From NCBI RefSeq assembly GCF_008831285.2, contig NC_045138.2, positions 20,584,001-20,648,000 on the forward strand: a stretch of DNA of 64,000 nucleotides. The letters run 5' to 3'. The notes below the pieces were generated by a model. That model saw only the letters and a program-made list of their open reading frames with translations. It did not search any database and was not told the DNA's origin. The DNA comes from Nymphaea colorata (lineage: Eukaryota). The position numbers and the translations under genes are program-made. This document shows, piece after piece, positions 14,756 to 22,552 of this stretch (the stretch's first letter is position 1; each line of letters opens with the position of its first letter).

Positions 14756-15297
14756 GGGCCCGTTTGATGGGCGGGTGAAATTTAACACGGTAAGTTTACC
14801 AAGGTAAATTTTTCTAGAAAAATTTAGTGGATGAAATTTTACCCTCTTCCAAAACGAGACCCTGTTTGATTGTCGGGTGAAATTTAACGTGGTAAATTTA
14901 ACCCAGTTTGATGAACATGAAGAATTTAACGTGGTAAATTTAACCCTGTTTGATGCACATGGAAAATTTAACATGGAAAATGTTGTTTTTTTTTTTTCCT
15001 TCCCAATTCCACTTTGGAAGGAGCAGAACCCATATATTTCTTCATCAATCATCCCAAAACAAATCACCATACAACCAGTTCATTAAAAGACACGGCCATT
15101 CACACGATATATATAACAAAAAGCAAAAAAAAATATCTAGCAACACATTACAACAGAAAACACCTTCTTAACTTAATTTATAACTGCAAAAGTTATATAT
15201 TTGTTCCCAAAAACATTAAACAGAAATTGTCCACAAAAGTAACATGAGTACGAATCCACAAAAGGGTGTACTTTCTACTAAGAAGAAAAAACAAAGT

Positions 15298-15624
15298 TCA
15301 ATGAGTACATATCCAACAAAGAAAACATGTAATCACAAAACAAGTAATCCAACATTTCTGGCTGCACTTTCGTTCTTCAAACTTCGTGTCTTCTATATCT
15401 TGCTTTGCGATGACATCTTCAATGAGTGGAGACCTGCTTGCTTGCACACCATACTTGTTCTGGAGATACTCATGCATGTGATTTTCTGCTACTTGTAATG
15501 AATTAAACGATCTGAAAACGGCACCCTTGTACCGATAGACTAATGGTTGGCACCGCTCCCAGCTGTCATATATGCCTCGCTCACGTCCTTCGAAAACCAC
15601 ATAGTACTTTTGGTGGGGCATCAT
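15298..15624 (-). CDS. 108-aa protein with an RNase H1 N-terminal hybrid-binding (Cauli_VI / L9-like) domain and a hydrophobic Cys-rich C-terminal tail; third ORF of the Harbinger element
   Basis: KYYVVFEGRERGIYDSWERCQPLVYRYKGAVFRSFNSLQVAENHM matches the HBD consensus (Y-V-x-x-GR-x-G-[IV]-Y-x-x-W-x-x-C-x-x-x-V...F-x-S-x-x-x-A). ORF is open from ATG 15624 to the stop at 15298. Confidence 0.8.
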   Translation of the reverse strand: MMPHQKYYVVFEGRERGIYDSWERCQPLVYRYKGAVFRSFNSLQVAENHMHEYLQNKYGVQASRSPLIEDVIAKQDIEDTKFEERKCSQKCWITCFVITCFLCWICTH

Positions 15625-17044
15625 TTTCGTTGTCCTGTTGAAAAGAAAACAAATGTCAGACAATCAAACTGAAGAAGTAGTCAACATTTATAAACAAACT
15701 TACTAGTCAATTGATAATCTGTAAACATTTGAGATGATATAGCTGCTCTCAAAGCATTGTTGCTTCCTCGCTGATGTGTTTGGCTTGCAATTTCAGGTTC
15801 GCTTAAGACGAAGTTATCAATCGAAGGTGCATCTTCATCATCAAATTGCTCGGCATTTGGATTGTGTTCAATTATGAAGTTGTGTAGTACACATGTAGCA
15901 AGAACAATTTGAGCTTGTTTTTGGAAAGGATACTGAACTTGCATTTTCAATATTGGAAAACGACCTTTCAACATGCCGAAAGTTCTTTCTACTGTATTTC
16001 GAAGTGATGAATGCCTATGGTTGAATAATTCTTCTTCTGTTCTAGGTGAACGTGCTCCCCGAGTGTTAAACTCAGACATATGATAACGATGTCCTCGATA
16101 AGGTGTAAGCAAACCAACAATGTTTGGATACCCCCCATCAGCCAGATAAAATTTGCCTACAATTGAACACAATTTATTTATACATTGATACATGCTTCTT
16201 AATAAAAGACTGAACTGGTTGGTGGAACTACGTACCTTCTGGGACAACAAATGGGTCTGTTTCATGATCTAGTGCATTGTACAATACTCTTGAGTCTGTT
16301 GCACTTCCTTCCCATCCAGCCAAAACGTAGTGGAATCTAGTATCTAGGCCGACTACAGCCATGACGTTTTGAGAAATGAAACCTTTTCTATTGCGAAACC
16401 TTGCTTGATCTGAAAAAGGAACCCAAGCCGGTATATGTGTGCCATCGATTGCTCCTAAACAATTCTATATGACAAGGCAACTAGTTAGTCATGTTGTAGT
16501 TTGTCATGTTGTATGTGTCATGTTGAGTTCAAGATGATGAAATTACCTCAAAATATGGAAAGAATCGTTTAGAATGTCGAATATGTGCTGGCATCATCTC
16601 ATCATTGGGCCGGCGAACGTAATCCTTACCCAGTATACATATCGCTCGTAGCACTAGGCTGACATATTTACTTATTGTTTGTCCGGAATGTTGAAACGTA
16701 TTTTGAACAGCACGATTCCGTTTATTATGTCCAATTGTCAAAAGCAATATAGCTACTTGTTCTTCTACAGTAATGTCACGAGCATCCTCCAACAAATTTC
16801 TATTCCTTAGAATGTTGCACAATCTCATATATGTATGTCCTTCCATACGGAGTAAGTCCAAACAATTTCTAGGATGACCACGAAGCATTAGTTGGACAAA
16901 AGATGTACCAGCATCTCGAAATGGATGAACAATCCTCCTAGACGATGGTCGGTCTTTCAACCAAAAGAAGATGAAGACAAAAACCATTCGAATGATGAAA
17001 AGCACTCGTTCATCGTCGTCATCGAACATGTCAAAATCAATCAT
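15621..17044 (-). CDS. PIF/Harbinger (HARBI1-like) DDE transposase; exons 17044-16547, 16464-16236, 16156-15704, 15634-15621 (unspliced alternative stop at 15681)
   Basis: GT-AG introns join in frame. Motifs: HTH region VEEQVAILLLTIGHN...FQHSGQTIS, NCLGAIDGTHI, GWEGSATDSRV, FYLADGGY, FNHRHSSLRNTVERTFGMLKGRF, LATCVLHNF. No internal stops found. Confidence 0.93.
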
Positions 17045-17220
17045 TTCGACTAAACTGCATATACATGTAAGGTACTTGAATAACAAAATCAATCATTTCA
17101 ACTAAACTGCATATACATGTAAGGTACTTGAATAACAAAATCAATCATTTCGACTAAACTGCATATACATGTAAGGTACTTGAATAACAAAATCAATCAT
17201 TTCGACTAACCTGCAAATAC
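17033..17220. repeat. 52-bp tandem repeat (three full copies plus a partial) spanning the transposase splice acceptor and start
   Basis: AAAATCAATCATTTCGACTAAACTGCATATACATGTAAGGTACTTGAATAAC starts at 17033, 17085 and 17137, with a partial copy at 17189. Confidence 0.95.
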
Positions 17221-17338
17221 ATTGCAGCAATTTCTCACTACATGGATGTTCATGGAATAAAAAGAAAAACACACAACAAATTGAACTTGTGCTAAATGAA
17301 ACATACAAATAATTAAACTAACAGACATGGAAACTTAC

Positions 17339-18295
17339 CTACAAATCACCAAGTCTACGCGACAACCATGTCAGCCGGTCTTCAGGTGGAACGTTGAGAA
17401 AGATCATGGAATTGGTTCCCTCTCCTAATAGGTCCAGACTCATCAGTCTCGTATGACTATCTAGTAGCCCTGTGTCCACCATCTCTTGTAAAATTTCACA
17501 ACATTTGACATATTGAAACCCTCTAGAAGTATGTGTGAGGGAATCCACATTTTTAGCTATACCGTTCAACAAATTGTAATACATGTCATCGTTGGTTGAC
17601 TTGTTCCGTTTTGACCTACGTGTACTTGTATTGGTTGTCGGATTCTCAGTTGTAGGAGTTGTAGGTAGTGGCGACTGTGTAAATGACTGTTCACTATCAG
17701 GCTGCATGTACGAAGGTGATGTCTGAGATGCAGGTGTACATGGGAGTGGTTCAGTCTCAGCTTCAAGCACGTTGTTTAATGTGACTGCGTTTTGCCCAGT
17801 TGCATGAGATTCGCCATATACCTCGGCGAACTCATCATAGTATCTCCAGACTTTTGGACCTCTGTACTTTTTCCTATTTGGATATTTCTGAAAAAATTCA
17901 TGTGTTCAAATATTGCAGAAGTAAATACATGTGAGACAAAACCTAACAATATTAATTTTATAATTTACCTCAATGTAGTCGTTCCATACTTGGGGGTCGA
18001 CCTCAATGCATTTGTTAATTGGGTCGTAGCCAAACCCACTTGTGTTCAACATTTCCTTCATCACTGTCAAGTTGGGTTTGGAATACTTCAATTTGTTTTT
18101 TATTTTGTCTTTCGTGAATTCTAGACCGAATCTATCCATCATTGCTTTTTCAATAGCTGTGTATGCTTTGGGCTTCAAACCTCCACCGGATTTCATGCCA
18201 GGGATGCGTGACTGCTCCACAAGAAGCTGGACTAAGTAATCCATTTGTGGTTCAGTCCACGTAAGATTTTCTCTTGAAGGACCGCTGTCTTCCAT
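17339..18295 (-). CDS. Myb/SANT-like DNA-binding protein (PIF ORF1, L10-interacting MYB-like); exons 18295-17969 and 17887-17339
   Basis: WTEPQMDYLVQLLVEQ...KAYTAIEKAMMDRFGLEFTKDKIKNKLK...SGFGYDP...WNDYIE|KYPNRKKYRGPKVWRYYDEFAEVYGESHATG, followed by an S/T/P-rich linker and a C-terminal ...IFLNVPPEDRLTWL. Phase-0 GT-AG intron. Confidence 0.92.
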
Positions 18296-21200
18296 GTTAA
18301 CGTTTTGTATAATAATTCTTCACAGTAACAGTAATATAAATCTAGCATGAAGAACATACGAGAAACAACGACAAAGGAGCATCAGAAACCATAAAAGCAT
18401 AAGTAGACCTTTCATACACAGAAAAGAAAGGACAAAAGACGTCAGCAATAAACTGCACTCTAAATCCAATGAAAGTGTTTTTGTGAGAACGATGAGCTAA
18501 TGCTATATGTTATGTTCCATCCATAGAAAAGATCATTACATGTTTTTCTTTCGTCAAAAACATATAAGAGAACAATAACTGAGAATAGAACAATAAGAGA
18601 TGGTGACACAGTTTAAATATAAATGTGACCATAGTAAATCTAAAATCTGAACAAAACAAAGCTGTGAAAATAGAAAACACATCTAAATTCCAATAAAATA
18701 TATAACACATCTAAATGTCAATAAAAAAATATATAACACATCTAAATGTCAAATAAAATATATAAGGAACAACGATTAGATGCCACCAACTATAAGTTAA
18801 GCTAAAGCACTTTCATGTCTCCAAGGAGGGGGGGGGGGGCATGCAGGTGAAGGTGAAGCTAGACGAGGCTGAAAAGCATGTTCATATCTGTATTCTCAAA
18901 TTCTAATTGCTAGTGAATCCATGTGAATGAAAAATGTCCTTCCTTTAAGTAGATTTCAGTCAAATTTCCTCAAAATGATTCAAATATCATGGCTGTTTCT
19001 ACTATTGTTGGGCCCATAAATGTCTCTTATACTTGTTCTTTTGGTTAACCTTCCTTTCGAGAAATGAAGTTTCTATCATCCAGTAATTACCATTCATGTT
19101 CTTATTTACTCACCCTGTTACAGGGACAGGAATTGGACCCAGTGACTGCATTAACTGTGTAATGCTATTTGATAGCAGGTGCTTTCTTATTTTTGTTAAT
19201 ACGCACACACACACATGCATACGGAATTGTGTATCAAATGGATTTAGTTCCAATTGGACCCAGTGACTGCATTAACTGAGTAATGCTATTTGATAGCAGG
19301 TGCTTCCAATGACAAAGTATATTGATACGATTTTCATTTTCAAAAACAAGGAGCCAACATAAAATATTTATGTTTTTTAGTTTATAAGTCATATTAAAGA
19401 AGTTTTTGTTCTCCCTTTTTTGGCTTATAAAATGTCAACTGAACAAGAAGGACCTTCCGTTAATTATTAAACTTCTAGACGTGGACAAGTTTCAACTATA
19501 AGAGCTTTTGTGTAAACTCATATTTCACCAAACTGTCTAAAATAGACAAGTCTTCAGCTTATTTAATAAATTTAACTTCTGTCTTCAAGAAATGAAGATT
19601 GGGAAAAAGTGTATAAAGCAGGAATTGCTCCAAAGTCTCTAAGGTGAATTGACCAACAAAATGTACCCATTTTAGAACAGTATGTTGTTAACTGTCTGCT
19701 CATTGGGTAGACTAAAAAAACAATCTTTTCGTAACTTTACATCATAACTTTACAGGTAAAATAGATCTACTCTTAATTTCAAGAAATATTCAAACCCCAT
19801 TCGACTCAAAAGGCTAGGCAGAGTGCCTGGTGACTTGGTGTGGATTGGCTTACAGGTTACTGTGAACAGGACGCTGAGGTCCCACGTTTTTCACATCAAG
19901 CTGTTTGAGTGAGAGCACTTGCTCACAGCCAAATCTTGTGGGTCCTGCAGCCACATGGAACTTGCACCAATTTGTCAAGGCCAATTATATGGCTGGAACC
20001 AGGACCATGAGCTTCCTCTCCCAGACCAGTCCAACAGAACCTACAACTTCATAGCAGGTGTGGATACATTCACAACCACTTAACTATGAAAAGAAAAGCA
20101 TTTGGTTTTGGTAGCCCACAACTTCACCAAATCATTGATGACTAAACAAAGGCGTCAACAGCATAAGAAATTGAACACAGAGAGAGAGAGCAACTTCACC
20201 AAATAATTGAATGCCTAAACAAATGCATCAGCAACAAAAGAAATATGATATTGGATGTAGCAAAGACGAGAGAAAGAGGGAGCAGAGCAGAAGAAGAACA
20301 GTTTATGCTCCTTTTGTCTTTGCATGGAACTGGGAACCACAAGAGAGTCATCCTATTTGACTTTGTAAAACAGGTAAAGGACACACCAAACTCACGGGCG
20401 GCCATTTTTGAAAGAAATATTTGAGCATCTTCCCTTTCTGCGTCTCTTGACAGTCCCAGATAGACAACCCATTATAAGTTATAAGGCACTGTGGTACTCT
20501 TAATGTTGGTCTTTCACAAAAGAACTTGAGAAGGCAGGACAGGAACTCCAGGAACAGAGATCGATTACTCATTTGTCAGATAGGTTCCTGTACAGGCAAC
20601 TTGCGTCGCTGAAATCTAAGCCCCGTTTCTATCTAAGCACCCAAAGGCCGTAATAAGGGATAACATAATGAAACTCAGAGAAAAGAACGGCGATACTGAT
20701 AACGAGATAAGGTTAAGGCAACCATTTCTATGCCTCCAGGGGCTAAGAGAAAAGAACGGCGATACTGTAGGCGATCATCTGCTTTATCAAGATAAAATTC
20801 ATGCGAAAGAAACAGCACAGAGAAAGGGGGGAAATGTGGGCAGCTAGCGACGGGGAGAGAGAGAGAGAGAGAGTGACAGAGAGATATACCGGCAGAAAAA
20901 TGTCCGACGCCGGCCGCTTGAGGGTGTTGCGACGGTCGACTGTGAAACCCTGACAGTGAGAAGGAACGAGGGAGGAAAAAAATTGGGGCATTAGTCTACG
21001 CGAAAAAAATGGGGGCATTTGAGGGTGCTACCCAGCACAGAGAAAGGGGGGAAATCTGGTGAAGAAAGGTAAGAAATGTGGGCAGCTAGCGACAGAGAGA
21101 GAGAAAGAGAGAGAGAGAGCGACAGAGAGATATACCGGCAGAAAAACCTCCGACGCCGGCCGCTTGAGGGTCTTGCGACGATCGACGGTGAGACCTGGCA

Positions 21201-21333
21201 GTGAGAAGGCACGAGGGAGGAGGAGTTGCGGAGGGAGGTCGAGCGTTGCGGAGGGACTTCGAGCGCTGCGGAGGGAGGTCGAGCGTTGCGGAGGGACTTC
21301 GAGCGCGGCAGCAGAAAAGCATTGATGGGTATA

Positions 21334-21365
21334 TTTCGAGCGGGTGAAATTTCACCCGCTCGAAA
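21334..21365. repeat. Perfect 32-bp palindrome in the right subterminal region of the Harbinger element
   Basis: TTTCGAGCGGGTGAAA|TTTCACCCGCTCGAAA; each arm contains the inner TIR motif GCGGGTGAAA. Confidence 0.95.
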
Positions 21366-21446
21366 GTCCGAGCTCGGTGAAATTTCACCCGCCCGTACAA
21401 ATTTTTCCTCCCCCGCCCACTTTCACCTGCCCATCAAACGGGGGCA

Positions 21447-21610
21447 ATTTTTATCCATCATAAAAAACATATTAGAGTTTTTAACGGGGGCAATTTCTTT
21501 AGAGAAAGATCACCACTGCTCCTCAACTTTCTTTCTTCTACGATTTTTCCATTCCCTTTATTTATCATCCTTTTTTTTACTCCATTTTCCTTAATTTCCA
21601 TGGCATTGAA

Positions 21611-21674
<64 letters not shown>

Positions 21675-22164
21675 GTTTAATGAAACCCTTTTTGCTACGT
21701 CTTCAATCCTATATTTGAGTAGAGGCAAAAGAAGAGCTCCCATGCACTATGAAAGCGAAGAAAGTAGGGAAATTTCTATTTTTCGTCTTACCTTTTACTT
21801 TTATAATTTCAAAAAATGAAGCACTGTTTATTATTCCCTAAAAGAGACAGTTTCCGTAAAGCTGTTAAAAAAGGGCCAACGTTGACTTTTTTTTTGTTAA
21901 AAAAAATACAAACACGTAGGTTCGCTTTTCAAGTTTACAAAAATTCACTTCATGCCCTTATATGTTTCTCGCCTTTTTAGACAATATTGTGTACACTGCT
22001 GTTCGTGCAGATGGAGAAATTCATGTTAACCATTTCAAATTCAGATTTGATCAGTGACGTGTTTACTTAATTAGTTAGTTCCAAAAGGAACCGAGGTGCG
22101 TTTCTATCTTTATTTTTTCAAGAAAGACAAAACAAATCAACCTGGAATTCACTCTTCCCGACTC
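21447..22164. repeat. Right copy of the long direct duplication flanking the PIF/Harbinger element
   Basis: Matches 14003-14755 from ATTTTTATCCATC to CTTCCCGACTC. Confidence 0.95.
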
Positions 22165-22552
22165 TTCTATGGAAGAATAAAGTGTGGAAAGTTTTCCATA
22201 CCTGTAAACGCGCTCCAACCAATGGAAAAGGCTTCAGACACCAATCTTGCTTGCTGGATGCTGGTTAACAAGAAAAACGGAGAATATCCCAATTCGAAGC
22301 AATGTCTTAGTACTTTATCGAACTTTTGCTTCCTAACTTCCATAAAGCTTTGGTGGGTCCTCTTCTGTTTTCTTTTCTCAATGTCAGCCAAAAGTCTTTC
22401 TTTCTGCTTTCATGGCGACAGAGTCAAGTCCTCTCTCTCTCCTCCCACAGATGTATATAAGGTGTTTGACGTGTTGGTTTTCTTGTGCTTCTTTTCCCGT
22501 ATTGCGAACTGAGTAAAGAGGGGAGAGGGAGACACGAGACGAGGGGAGAAAA

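Larger units (their letters stand above)
14756..21445 (-). mobile_element. PIF/Harbinger DNA transposon with intact coding capacity and three ORFs
   Basis: TIRs GGGCCCGTTTGATGGGCGGGTGAAA (14756-14780) and TTTCACCTGCCCATCAAACGGGGGC (21421-21445). Subterminal GGTGAAATTT/GGTAAATTT repeats at both ends. Encodes a Myb/SANT protein and a DDE transposase. Confidence 0.95.

Noticed and set aside
15298..16265. In-frame spliced fusion of the transposase to the HBD domain
   Set aside because: With the consensus donor (15703) and acceptor (15635), the join is out of frame with the HBD ORF and meets TGA after four codons. A fusion would need a frameshift or other splice sites.
14003..22164. Flanking direct repeats read as LTRs of a retrotransposon
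   Set aside because: No TG...CA ends, PBS, PPT or gag/pol. The interior is a TIR-bounded DDE element and the repeat is ordinary host flank.
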